A DNA stretch of 64,000 nt from Gekko japonicus (lineage: Eukaryota): positions 64,887 to 128,886 of the forward strand of contig NW_015162061.1 in the NCBI RefSeq assembly GCF_001447785.1, read 5' to 3'. Positions 1-12,552 of the stretch are shown piece by piece. Under the pieces are notes generated by a model, which searched no databases, had not been told where the DNA came from, and saw only the letters and a list, made by a program, of their open reading frames with translations. The position numbers and the translations under genes were made by a program. The stretch's first letter is position 1. Each line of letters opens with the position of its first letter.

Positions 1-815
1 CACTTGTCTGAAGGTTAACAGTCGCAATCATATACACACTTATTTAGAAGCAAGTCTCACTGAATGAAGTCAGACTTCCAAGTTAAAAAAACCTATCATG
101 ACATGTCCAGAACTTTCCAGAAACAGGAAGTGGTAGTTACGGGATGAAATTGCATTCCAAGAAAAAATATCCATGCTATATGGTTACTAGAGTCATAATA
201 TGCAGATTCATTACTTTGCAGTTGGAAAACATAAATACAATACCACTTGGATAGGCTGGGCAGATGATGCTGGAGAGATACAGGATGCTATTCCCTGGAT
301 GCTAGTGCCAAGCAGTGCTAGTGGTCAGTTCAACAGGAAACCCACAGCAATAAATACATTAGTGTCATTTATAAATGTTTTGCCTCAGAAATAAATTATT
401 TATTTATAAATTTAGTCTTTTACATTGAACAGTGGTCTCTCTCTACCTAGCAAGCATGCTGAATGATGACCTAGATTTAAGAGAAAATGTTTTAACATGT
501 TTGTATAAACTCAGATTTTAACCGTTTATTTCAGAAAAATAACTACATCTGATTTTTTTTCCATCTGATGTTTTATTTTGATCTACTTGGAAACATGATT
601 CTTGATTAATCAAAGCCTTAGTGCCCTTTTCTACTTCTAAGTGATTTGATGGCAACTGGATAGGCAGCAGCTACATTTATTCTCCAAAAATCCAAAATAA
701 ATGTTTGATATTTAAGCTATCCCTACATCTCCTGCCATTTATCATCTTACCAGGTATCATAGACGTCTGAACCTACAGGAGCAAATCTGTGACACAAGAC
801 CAACTATTCAAAAGC

Positions 816-821
816 TTTATT
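816..821 (-). terminator. Distal poly(A) signal AATAAA
   Basis: Minus-strand AATAAA followed by GU-rich GTTGGTCTTGTGTC. Confidence 0.6.
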
Positions 822-1075
822 TACTTTATCATCAAGGAAAAAGTATACTGAATGAAAAAGTATCGTTATAAAAAGTGTATTTGTGATAGTGTATGCAGAT
901 GAATAGGTAACCAAAATAAATATCCAGGTGAACACACACAAGCATCATGTGCATATTAGAATCACAACACATGTACCACTTTCATCCCTTAGAAATAACA
1001 GAAGCTTCGATACCTTCACAATAAAGCAACGAGACTGAAAGGCCTCACACAAACATTAAAAAGAATTTTTGTGCC

Positions 1076-1081
1076 TTTATT
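1076..1081 (-). terminator. Proximal poly(A) signal AATAAA
   Basis: Minus-strand AATAAA followed about 20 nt later by a GU-rich element (TGTTTGTGTG). Confidence 0.6.
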
Positions 1082-1886
1082 GGAATGGTGAAATACACCA
1101 ATTTTGATCATTGGAATATTTGGTTTAATTAGAAATGACACTACAGAACTGCAATACTGGTCCAACAGTCTTGTCTTTACTTTTTTTCCCCCAAAGCAAG
1201 AAATAGAATGAAAATGCACCGAGTAATCAGAAAGCACTAGCAGGCATCGGTTAATCCAAGATTCTAGCTCCTTAGTTCCAAAAGCAATTGCTAAATTGCA
1301 CTGTGTGGAACCCACATTTAAGATTGGTCATAATTTGAAATTACTAGAGTCACATGATTAAGCTTCATGTGGGCATTACATTTTTTTTTAAAATTTACCT
1401 CAAGTTGGTCACTGGTATGTTTCTTGTCAAATATTACATTTCTTTCACTGATATTTTTTCTCAACGTATAAAAAAGTATGAAATATAAACAAGCTCTCGC
1501 ATTGTACACATGTTAGAGTACAATCGAAGAATTATAGAGCTGACTATCTACACACCGTCAAATCCCATCAAATCTTGGATACTCCATTAATATACAAAAT
1601 ATCAGGCCACAGAAAGAACAAAAACCCACTTCTTTTGTTTCATTACGCACAGGTTCAAATATTCAATCTAAAGAAAAAAACACTTTGAATCATTTTGGCT
1701 TCCCACTACATCTGCATGTTGAGACATTTATTAAAATATTCCTGTTTAGTTGAATTTGGTCTTTTTTCTTCTTATTATTTTCAAGTCATGTTTTGTTATC
1801 TTAATACCGGCCATCCAGACAAACAAGTATTGAGAAAGACCCTCCATCACCCTGCCTCCCTAGATCCAACTCTTCAAAAGTCAGAT

Positions 1887-1982
1887 TTAAGACATAACTC
1901 CAAACACTGGGTTGTGACGACAGATGCTAGGACCAATTTCTTCATAATCTTTTTTGGTGTGGCATACTTGGTAGAACTCAGG
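1887..1982 (-). CDS. ACTR3: ACTR3 exon 12 coding part ([31 protein letters not shown])
   Basis: C-terminus of ORF 1887..2084; pyrimidine tract and CAG acceptor; TAA stop at 1889-1887. Confidence 0.97.
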
Positions 1983-2903
1983 CTGGAGGGGAAAAAAATG
2001 AAAGGGAAAGTCAAAGATATACCTTTTTTTTTTTTTAAGGACAAAACACATTCCACATATTTGGAAGGCAGACAAATTCCACATTGTAAACAGAAAGGCT
2101 GCTGAAGTTCTTACTCATTGGGCTTGAAGCAAGGTGTTGCTAATGCCTGCCTTAAATATGAAACCCCAAAGTCTTTTCTGGAACGTACTGTATACATGAT
2201 ATATTCCCATCCCCTCCTTAGCAAATAATGGAAATAATGGAATAGCGATAATGGAAAGCAATCACATAACTTTTGCTTTGCTATCTCCCTTCTCCCCCCT
2301 TCTACTTTGCTTTGGAAAATATTTCAGCACTCTCTACATGCACCCCTGCAAATGTAGTCCCCATGTTGCCAGAAATCCCACTGTCAACCACCCTGAAGTT
2401 CACATTTTGCAGGATGCACTGTGGATCCCATCAAACTACCACCACAGGGATCAGGTGGTGGTGGTGGGAGGTCCAGCCTACTGGGAAAAGCAGTATGAGG
2501 GAGGTGTCACAGAAAAGGCCCAGGAAAAAAGAATGAAAAGTTCTCTGAAACACCGTCCCTGTCCGGCTGAAACTTTTAATTTGTTTGTTAAGTAATGAGC
2601 TTCTTTAAAATGCAGACTGTGGAGTTCACCCATCTCTAACTCTAAAATACCAAACAAATTTGTGCATAGATTTATCTGATGGATAGTAATATACAAGTTG
2701 TAAAATTATAGCAATAATAATTGAGTAAAGGTTTCCATTCTACAAAGGCACCCAGAAAATAATGAATATTTTTTTATACTTTCAGTGGTCTATTTTGATC
2801 CTAATTTTGGAAACAAAAAATGTTAATGTAATTATGGAAACAACAGCGGGGAGCATAGGTGGAATAGCTACTTGCAGATTTCTTTTCCCTTTAGTCAACT
2901 TAC

Positions 2904-2987
2904 TGTGGAAGCCAACATTGATCCTCCAAACCAAACTGCGTATCTCTGCATATGATGTGTAATAACTTGTACATCAATAGGCTTGGG
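2904..2987 (-). CDS. ACTR3: ACTR3 exon 11 (84 nt; [28 protein letters not shown])
   Basis: Manual translation; TAG acceptor, GTAAGT donor. Confidence 0.97.
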
Positions 2988-4761
2988 CTACATCAGAAAA
3001 TAAAATCAGTATACAGTTATGAGTTTCACTCAGTATACATACCTCCACTCTTAAAACATATTCTACTATACTTTTAAGACATAAGTATATTCTACTATCT
3101 TGCAACTGACATACAAGTAGGCATTAAAATGATAGGTCCACAATTTGAAACATTATGAACTGAAATTTAAAAACTACATCAAAAAAATCTTCAGATAAAA
3201 ACGTTTCCGTATTACCTACTACATTACATCCAACAATGAATTTTTCTTCTCTTCCAGAAGATGCAATTTTAATTGTATCAGCCACTTTCTGCATATTTTA
3301 GAAAGCAGCATGATATGACTCGTTTAGCATAAAATAGACAATGATGTTATCTCAAGTAAAATTTTTAAAAGTGTCATGCTAAGGTCTGGGAGAGCTAGAC
3401 TCTGCTATGCAACTTACTAGGTGACCTTGGGGCAGTAATTCTCTTAGCCTGCATCACACGTATCTTGCAAGGATAAAATAAAGAGCAGTGAACAGTGTAT
3501 GCCTCCTTAGATTCCCTGGAGGAAGGGAAGGAATAAAATGTGCTAAATAGATTAAAATAAGCTCAGATTGGCTATTTGTAACCTAGTTCTAATAATGCTC
3601 AAATTTGAACAGGCTTTCAAAATGAGCAAAAATGTGTCCCAGAAGCCTGAGCAAACTAGTTTCCAGGGGAATTCTCCCCTCTCCATAGGAAACTTACTTT
3701 CAGTCCTAAAGAATGATCAAATATTTGTTCTCCTCCCCCTGCTCCCCACCCCTAAATTGCTAATGCTAGAAAGGTATTAGAAGGAAACTGGTTTTTACAA
3801 TATAGAGAGGGGAAACAAGTGAAGGAAACTGAAGAGGTTTTTACAATATAGAGAGGGGAAACAAGATGTTGTGAAGCCTAGGAACAGTGGAGGATTAGAA
3901 GTTAGGGAAGGATGCTGATTGGGCTTGTTCTTTTCAAGGTAAAGGAGGAAGTGAGTTGAACCCATCTCTGCTCTGCTGGAGGACACATCACAGCAAAGGT
4001 CTGTAGACAACAGTCAATATCAAAAGAAAAGCGGAGCCTACAAAATCATTTAGTAAACAAAAAATGAACTGACTGTGTGGTGCTGAAATCAAATATCACA
4101 AAAGAAGGAGAAATATGATTCAAAAGACTGAAAATTGTTCAACTAAAAGTATGTATGGCACAAAAGATTTTCTTTTCACATTTTTATCTCACCTTCGTAA
4201 GCAAAGTTACAACATGTCTGAGCTACTCTCTTCATATCACTAAATTCTACATTTAAAAGGTAAGTCGCAAATGTTTTGACAGCAGATAATTTATTTCGTG
4301 GATGCAGGGATAAAGGAGTAGAAATCTATACTTTTTCTTAAGTTCCTCATAACAGAATTCAATACCCTTGCCTATTTATGCCTAGACAACTGTCCGATGA
4401 AGTGGTTAGATACTGCTCAAAGCATTCTGTGTGAAAGGGCTTATTAGTTCACACAAGTGTAGGCCCCCAGGGGAAAAAAGATACTGATAGATCAGGTACT
4501 GAGTGGATCTTTTTATTTACTTCATTTATTCCCTGTCTTTCTCTCCAATGGGGACTCAAAGCAGCTTAGATCATTCTCTTCCCCTCCCTTTTATAACCAC
4601 CCCGTGAGGTATGAGTGTTAACGGCCTATAGTCATCCAGAAAGTTTCCATGGCAGAGTAGTCATTTGAACCAAACTCTCCCAGATCATATCCCAGTACTC
4701 TTATCATTATAACACACTGGAAACTGAAGGGACTGGCTGAAAGACAGAAGGCCACAAGCCT

Positions 4762-5035
4762 GAAGAAGAAGAAGAGATTGGATTTATACCCCGCCCTTCA
4801 CTTGGAGTCTCAGAGCGGCTTACAAACTCCACTCCCTTCCCCTCCCCACAACAGACACCCTGTGAGGTGGGTGGGGCTGAGAGAACTCTGACAGAAACTG
4901 CTCTTTTTCAAGGACAGCTGTGCCAGAGCTTGTGACTGACCCAAGGTCACATCAGCAGGTGCAAGTGGAGGAGTGGGGAATCAAACCCGGTTCTCCCAGA
5001 TTAGAGTCCGCACACTTAACCACTACACCAAACAG
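4762..5035 (-). mobile_element. tRNA/CORE SINE with L2-like tail (Squam3/MIR-like)
   Basis: Reverse complement of GTTTGGTGTAGTGGTTAAG...GGTTTGATTCCCCAC...TGTAAGCCGCTCTGAG...(TTC)n; closely similar to the 53803 copy. Confidence 0.88.
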
Positions 5036-5301
5036 CAGAAGCAAAGAAAGCAGTAAACAGAACATTATAAATTCTCAAGAAGTTCAGCATCTCCAGTAGC
5101 TTCCAGTATCCTAGAGTGTAATAGTGATCTTGTTCATTACCCAACACACAGAAGATGTGCTCATGAAACTATAAAAGTTAGGCCTTCACCAACAAAATTA
5201 CAAAGATATAAGGGAAAAAAACACCAGGATCTTATAATGGCATCTACTGCCATTCTAAACAACTGAACCCCACACATCACTGCAATGTAAAGGATACAAA
5301 C

Positions 5302-5427
5302 CTTCAGTCTGCCACCACTCAGTTCCTCGCTGAGTTTCAGCCTGGCATCAACAGTCCTTTTCAAGTCTCGTTGTAAACGACGACCAAAATCCCTGAACAT
5401 AGTTGAGCCTCCAGACAGTACAATATT
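5302..5427 (-). CDS. ACTR3: ACTR3 exon 10 (126 nt; [42 protein letters not shown])
   Basis: Contained in ORF 5161..5523; actin-family motif [10 protein letters not shown]; CAG acceptor, GTTTGT donor. Confidence 0.97.
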
Positions 5428-6421
5428 CTGAATTGAAATTGCACACACAAAGTTATAATCACTTATTGCACACACAATCATGAAAGACTGAAAACTTAAA
5501 AACCCAATTGTAATCAGTACCATATTTACTCAAAAGGAAGATGACCCCGAAATGTTGGATGACCCCTAAAAAGCTACATACAAAAATTATTATTGGATAT
5601 AACTGTAACTTATATGTGAGTGTAAGAAGACCCCTCCCCCATTTTTGATGGCATACCTGTGAAAATATCTAGTCTTGCATTTGAGTAAATACTGTACTTA
5701 CACAAATGCAAGACTATTTTTTCCTGAGTTATGCAATCAAAATGAAGATGGCACTGTCTTACATTCATATATGTTACAGTTACATTCAGCAGTAATTTTT
5801 GATGTCATCTTCCTTTCAAATAAGTATGGTAGTCACTAGAAGGAAACTGACCAATGCATGAACAGTCCAAATGATCCTAACACTTTAATTCATAAACAGA
5901 AATATCATGACCTTTGAGAATATTCTGATTTTTAATAAGTGTCAGCAAGGCCAGATTACTAATTATCATGAATATTTCAGGATCTGAAGTGTACTCCACA
6001 AACTGTGCAGCACAAAATTAATTATCAATGTCAAGCTTTGAAGTGTACAAATCATAAGGACCTAAAATATCATAAACAGATAGATGTGACCCAAATGTCA
6101 AAAATTTCCTCTGGACTAATAAAAGTCATCTCATCATTCTCTAACCTAAAACTTCTAAAATTGTTAAATTCACTTTAGTTATGGATACATTTTTGCAAAG
6201 AATACATTTAATTCTTTGAATTTAATTGCATATTATACTGGTTCTTTAAGACAGAAACAAAAAACGACCCATTGTTGTGCTTTCAATGAAAAAAAAATCC
6301 TTAGCAAGTAGAAGCAGATATGACTAACCTAAATGCACCAGTCCAGAGTATACTTTGTCCTAAAGCAACTACGACCATGCATGCACGCACACAGTAACTT
6401 CACTACCTTTACTGACTTTAC

Positions 6422-6514
6422 CTTATATAGTGGACGTCTAACATCAATAGGACAGTTCTGAATAACTTCGTCTACTACTTCTGAGATGGGCTGTGTGAAA
6501 TCTGGGTTAGCAAA
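6422..6514 (-). CDS. ACTR3: ACTR3 exon 9 (93 nt; [31 protein letters not shown])
   Basis: Manual translation; TAG acceptor, GTAAAG donor; FTQPISE is ACTR3-type. Confidence 0.97.
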
Positions 6515-6862
6515 CTAGAAACAAACAGAATGATTAAGTTGCAAATAATTTTAATGCAGGAGTGCTAAAAATACTAATGGTTTGCATTATCTATAGCTAA
6601 TACAGAATGTCAGCCTTTCCTGTGATCTATTCAAGTCAAATGACAGCCTAGAATTCTCCAGAAACATAAGACAAAAGAGAGCCAATAAAGCTAGAGAAAC
6701 AACTGGCAGAAGTTAAGCTACAAAAAACTAGGTAAGAATGCAACACTTTATCCTTTTGTCTTCATTATTTTCGATTGTTAGGGGAACAGACCATTTTATT
6801 GGCTGCTTCTGTAACTCTGTAAGGTACTATTTGTACCAAGATGTTGCACTTTATTATTACTA

Positions 6863-7741
6863 CTGGGAATAGGCTCGTTGTGGAAATAAATACGAGCTCT
6901 AGAAAGAGGCTCTGGGAGAGTGCCAAGGCCTTGGGCACTCAGGGTCAATGTGCTGCGGCAACCTCAGCAGGATATAATGACACAGAGTCCACCATTTTCT
7001 CCAAAGGAACTGATCTCTGCTACATGAAGAGCAGTTGTAATTTTCAGTGATCTCCAGCCCTCACCTGGAGATTGGCAACAACTGTTACCCAGGAGGGAAT
7101 GGCTGCCTCTCCCCTCCCCAAACCCTGGCTTCCATAGACTCTACCAGAAAATCTCCAGGAATCTTCCTACCTGGAGCTGGCAAACCTAGTCAGGACTGGC
7201 CCCAATGAGTTTCTCACAAAGGCCTGCAAAGGGTTTCCTTCCTTTGTCTGAACCAAACTTGGTTGTCTAAACGGGCTCCAGTTTACAACTCAGCTGTTTG
7301 CCTCCCACCCTCATCCCGTGGGCATATCTCACTCCTTAAATTCACTGCCACCACTCACGGAATTGTCACTGCCTTTTTAGAGGGACAGTGAGACCCCTCT
7401 GGCCGAATCTCCCTATTTGAAGATGGAATCCCCAATCTTTGGGGGATCCATCTGGAAGTTGTGGGCTCATGAAAGGATCATTCCTTGGACCGGCCTCTGG
7501 CTTTACTTCAGCCTCTCTCGCACAAGAGAGCAGGGAAACTTCCATTCATTCCCCAGTCCAGCTGACTGTGGAGTGGCTGAATTTCTGCTGCCTCCCAGGG
7601 ACGAAGACTGCCTCCTCCCTGGATGGGCTGCAGTCTATATTTATGCTGCCCCGCCCATTGGGACAGTCCCTGTCTTCCCGCACTTTTTGGCCTTGGGGCA
7701 GCTGGGAACTGTAGGCCAACAGATTAGCTATGTTCAGGGAT
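6863..7741 (-). mobile_element. Non-autonomous Helitron-like element, same family as the 15753 copy
   Basis: Degenerate CTAG end, hairpin GCTCGT...ACGAGC (6873-6897), then TCTAGAAAGAGGCTCTGGG and further sequence shared with 15790-16450. Confidence 0.6.
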
Positions 7742-7758
7742 TTTGGGTTTGCCTGTGT

Positions 7759-8121
7759 CATAAGAACATAAGAGATGTCAATGTTGGATCAGGCCAAAGG
7801 CCCATCCAGTCCAACACTCTGTATCACACAGTGGCCAGAAATACCAGTGCCATCAGGAGGTCCACCAGTGGGGCCAGGACATTAGAAGCCCTCCCACTGT
7901 TGACCCCCCCCAAGCACCAAGATGACAGAGCATCACTTGCCCCAGAGTCCCTATCTATACCTTATGGCTAATAGCCACTGATGGACCTCTGCTCCATATG
8001 CTTATCTAATTCCCTTTTGAAGCCGTCCATGCTTGTAGCTGCCACCACTTCCTGTGGCAGTGAATTCCATGTGTTAATCACTCTTTGGGTGAAGAAGTAC
8101 TTCCTTTTATCCGTTCTAACC
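7759..8121 (-). mobile_element. CR1 3' fragment (about 360 bp), same young subfamily
   Basis: Near-identical to 46590-46958 (VRTDKRKYFFTQRVINTWNSLPQEVV); terminal CATAAGAACATAAGA on the plus strand. Confidence 0.95.
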
Positions 8122-8237
8122 TTTGAAGTTTTATCTCTGGTATCTGGCATTGAATTTTATGGCACACACAGCCTGGCCCAACAAAGTGACATTTATGTCA
8201 GATCCAGCTCTTGTAACAAATGAGTTCAACACCTCTG
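8121..8237 (+). mobile_element. Right end of an older copy of the same hAT MITE family, split by a CR1 insertion
   Basis: Diverged match to the MITE 3' end (ATTTATGTCAGATCC...GAGTTCAACACCTCTG); the preceding part continues at 7741-7759 on the other side of the CR1. Confidence 0.7.
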
Positions 8238-9776
8238 GTCTATGTTTTTATGCAGGGCTGGGGCTTTTTTAAAAAAAAAGTACAGACTTTTTAGTATCTT
8301 TTTGTTTTTATTATTTTTATTTTGGAAGCCGCCTTGGGCAGGTTCCTGGAGAGGCAGCATAAAAATATTCTACATAAATAAATACACAATAAATAAAACA
8401 GGTCTTGCAACACAAATTTTTCCTAATAGGTCAACTGTCTTCTTGAAGTGACTTCTCTTCACTCTGAACAAAAACCATCCCTTCTAGCCAGCACTTCTTA
8501 CCACAAGCTAGTTGTTAACTTTGACACCAAGCATATTTCTGAAGATTTGCAAAATGTCTAGCTATCAGCTACTGTGTGGCTGACTAGCATGACAGATACA
8601 TTTGCTATTTTAAAAAAACATGTAAGAGTATTACTATTTAACCATTTGAGGTTTTCCTGCATTGCCCCAAACCTTTAGTGCAATTCCATTTGTTGGTAGT
8701 GTTATGCGATTTATGGCATATACAGCTTTTAATGTTAAGAAAACGACCACAGTACACAAATATTTAATACTGAGTCTGTCCATCTATCATTATAACACAC
8801 ACGTAGTTAAAAGCGATTTCCATCAACCATTCCAGAATTTGTTCTCCACCAAGCACTCTCCAACTCACTGTCTGAATAAGAATTTGTAATTCTTTGTGTG
8901 CATGTGTGTGTGTAATTGTGCCTACCACTCTGTGTCAGAATTCCAAAGGTGCCTGAAAGCTGAGGACACCTGCCTCTGGGTAAGGGGCCCAAACCTTCAA
9001 AGTTCACCCTAACTGAATTAAAAACACACAGCTGTAGAAGTGGTTCTATTTAAACCAATAAGGAAATAAAAACAATGAATCAATGCAAAAAAAGAAAAAA
9101 TGATTTTTTTTAACTTGAAAAACCCCTCATACTTGCTAGATAGATACTGAAAACAGGAATTAAGGTGAAGTCATCTAATGGCTTCTTTCCCTTGTCAGCT
9201 TGCCTGCAACTGTCTTGTACTGAACAGTTCAGTGGCCACCCACACATTTCAGATGCTAAGCACTGAATCAAGCAGCTTTATTCAATATAAAAAATGGCTA
9301 TCAGCTGGAAGAAATATTAGTTCTTATTCAGCTTGCTACAAAAAAACCCAGGTTGGTGGTATCCACTCTGAAGCTGGGTGAAATAATTATGCAAAGAACA
9401 TTGTGTGGCTCCAGAAAATAAAAAGTTAGCAAAAAGCAAGAGGGGATGAAATACAAGTAAATCTTTAGGAGGAAAATGCCTTGAGGTTTGCAAGCCATGC
9501 AACGAAAAGCAGACATTCTTCAGTTGTGTATCTACTTGAATACAATTTAGACAATACAACGTAAAATTTAAAAATGGATTGTACCATTTATATGAATTAC
9601 ACAAAGTACGTTGAAATTTGTCCCAAACATCGAAAAAGCACTACATTTAAATGCAAAGCCACAGGATTATCTGGCCAATATTATGAAAGTTAACAGTGTG
9701 AGTCTAGACTTGGAAGTAAGTTTCAGTCCCTTCACTGCTGCCGAAATGTCTCACCAAGCTTTGCACTGGACTTTAC

Positions 9777-9950
9777 CTCAGGATGAAAGAAGATCTCTGG
9801 CCCTAGGAATCTCTCATAGCCAACATCAATGGTAAATTCTTTCTTGGAGATTGCGTTGATTCCAGTATACTGTTTAATCCACTTGGTGCCGTCTGTATCA
9901 TACTTGTTAAATTCTTTTACTAAATCAGGGCAGACATAACTAAAACGCTC
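9777..9950 (-). CDS. ACTR3: ACTR3 exon 8 (174 nt; [58 protein letters not shown])
   Basis: Manual translation; CAG acceptor just before the N gap, GTAAAG donor. Confidence 0.97.
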
Positions 9951-10404
9951 CTGAAAATNNNNNNNNNNNNNNNNNNNNNNNNNNNNNNNNNNNNNNNNNN
10001 NNNNNNNNNNNNNNNNNNNNNNNNTTTCAGTTTAATTAGAATAAAGCTTTTTCTGAGCAAAAGGAGATAGACAGGTACAAATGAAAGGCCTTCCAAACTC
10101 CTGCACTAGTAATGATCATCCACATTTAAGAGAATTAGCACTCATTGCTAGTATATGTGCACTTTTATGTACAATTAAGCAAAAAAAAAATCTAAAAATC
10201 TTGACAGTTTAATTTGTTTTAAGATTTTTCAGCTGGGAGAAGATAACACAGTGGAAGACACATCCCCAAATACACTCAAGCATTGTCACAGTCACATGTA
10301 CAATCGCATACCTTCAGAATTTAGAATCCAAGAGTAACAACAGATTTATTCTTGGGAAAATAGTAAGGTGCCTAAAAATGTGCAAACACTCGAAGTATTT
10401 AGGG

Positions 10405-10838
10405 CAGGGGTGTCAAACATGTGGCCCGGGGGCTGGATCAGGTCCCCAGAGGGCTTCTTTCAGGCCCACAGTGGAACTGGCTGTCTTCTGCTTCTTCTTC
10501 CAGTTCTGCTACTGCTGCATCATCGTAGGTTTGCAGCTTACAGATACACGCCTGAACAGCATACTCAAGATTGCAACAGCACAGACATTTTGATGCAATA
10601 ATTCAGAGCAAGAGGTGTCAGTTATCAGACACTGTTAAATAAACAAAATATTGCAAGAGTGCTAATGTTTTAAGGCATGTTTTTATTTTAAGTAAAAAAA
10701 ATCCTTTGTGTTTGTGTCCTTTATAAAGTTTATATCTCCGCTACCTGGCATTACATTTTATGACACACATGGCCCGGCCCAAGAAGGTCTCATTTATGTC
10801 AGATCCAGACCTCATAACAAATAAGTTTGACACCCCTG
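10405..10838 (+). mobile_element. hAT-type MITE (434 bp)
   Basis: TIR CAGGGGTGTCAAAC...GTTTGACACCCCTG; perfect 8-bp TSD ATTTAGGG (10397-10404 and 10839-10846). Confidence 0.93.
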
Positions 10839-10924
10839 ATTTAGGGCTTATTAAATTGCTTCTTGTAGTACTTCTCATGGGAAAAGAAATTAGAAAAAAG
10901 CACTGGAAATGTGTTCCTTTTTAA

Positions 10925-11152
10925 AGATGGGTAGTCGTGTTAGTCTGTCTGCAGCAGTAGAAAAGAGCAAGAGTCCAGTAGCACCTTCCAGACTAACAAT
11001 ATTTGTGGCAGGATATGAGCTTTCATGAGCCACTGCTCACTTCTGCATTCTAGATGTATCTGAAAGAAGTCAGCAGTGACTCACGAAAGTTCAAACCTTG
11101 CCACAAATTTTGTTAGTCTTGAAGGTGCTACTGGATTCTTGCTCTTTTCTGC
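10925..11152. mobile_element. Penelope-like fold-back relic (inverted pLTR arms) with a degenerate hammerhead core
   Basis: About 90-bp inverted arms at 10955-11044 and 11066-11152; CTGA(A)AGA-hairpin-CGAAA motif at 11060-11088. Confidence 0.72.
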
Positions 11153-11356
11153 TCTTCCTTTAAAAAGTTAACTGCTTAGTCTCCCATGTGTAAAACATGA
11201 TTGAAGTCAGCTGAGCTGCAATGTTTGCACTAGCTCCAGTGACTGTATGTGGCATGAGTCTAGTGAATAGATAATTTTACTTGGAAGCGATCTACCACTG
11301 AAATACTCGTTTTACTTTAAACACAAACACACATTGATTGTATTTTTTCTGATTAC

Positions 11357-11500
11357 CTTCACTGCTTTAGCAGTTTCCAATGATTGTTCAGGAGGGATTC
11401 CTACTTCTCGTTCTCTTAGCAACTGTTGAATAAAGTAAGTTATATCTCGTCCGGCAATTGGAATGTGTTTGATACAGCTGCCAATCACGTAACCTTCAGC
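11357..11500 (-). CDS. ACTR3: ACTR3 exon 7 (144 nt; [48 protein letters not shown])
   Basis: Contained in ORF 11312..11569; CAG acceptor, GTAAT donor. Confidence 0.97.
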
Positions 11501-12114
11501 CTGGAAGTAAAATAAATGTTTTTCATAAACTTCAGCAATAATACCATGGTGTACAAAGCAGGCACACACTGAATGGAAAAATATACGAGCATTTACAGGG
11601 CATATAAAATCAGTACAGGCACCGTATTTACCTCACTGTAACTCTACCAATACATAGACAATATATTCTTTTTTCATGCGAAGCTCTGCATTTGCAGAGT
11701 AGAGAGGGGTAAATCATCAACACTCCATAATTTGCACATCAGCAGTTAGTTAAAAAATAGTTCCAGAGAAAGATGTAATATGAAGAGATACAGACATTAA
11801 ACGTCTTACACACTGGTCCACTGGTTTTATCATCCTATCCTACATTTAGTTTTTATTTACTGACAATACTAATTGAAATTTTAAATTGTGGTCTTTTAGG
11901 TGTTCTTTATAGTGGTTATTTTATTTACATTGTAAATTGCCTTAAATTCTGCAAGATAGGTGGCTAATAAATGTTTTAAATCAATAAATAAAACCTTTTT
12001 CTTTGAAGTGTACCTACCTAGTAAATTCCTGACATCTCCCATAAGGAGTTGTATTTTTGGCATTTTCATCTGTTTCATCTAAATATTGCTGGTATTTAGT
12101 TGTATGAGTAAATG

Positions 12115-12552
12115 TAACTTTAAGCCAAGGTATCATTGGGGCCAGCATACTTTAAGGACTGCTTAGTCCCACGTGAACTTATCTGCCCACTCCAATCATC
12201 TTCAGAGGCCCTGCTTCAGGTGCCCCCACTATCTGAGGCTAGATGGGTCGCAACCCGAGAAATAACCTTGGTTGTGGTGCCGGATCTCTCTCCCAGGGAG
12301 ATTTGTCTTCCTCCCTCTATCATGGCCTTATGACAGCAGGTGAAGACTCTTTTGTTTTGACTGGTGTTCCATGTAGCCCTTACTAGTCCTCATCTCTGTC
12401 TATGTGTTTATCTGTTTATACACACACACAAACACATATACATTGTGTGTATAATTTCTATTTTAAAGGCTTTCAGTATTTGAAATGTTCGCTGCCTTGG
12501 GGACTCTGAATTTGGTGGAAAAGTGGCACAGAAATGTTCTAAATGAAATAAA
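12115..12552 (+). mobile_element. L2-like LINE 3' fragment
   Basis: GPAYFKDCL...LQSSSEALLQVPP C-terminal peptide; L2-type tail GCTGCCTTGGG...AAATGAAATAAA. Confidence 0.7.

Larger units (their letters stand above)
790..1886 (-). other. ACTR3: ACTR3 3' UTR (approximate extent)
   Basis: AT-rich sequence with no recognisable TE, downstream of the stop codon and ending at poly(A) signals. Confidence 0.7.

Noticed and set aside
7417-7971. 184-aa plus-strand ORF
   Set aside because: It spans a Helitron-like segment and the antisense CR1 3' UTR and has no recognisable domain.
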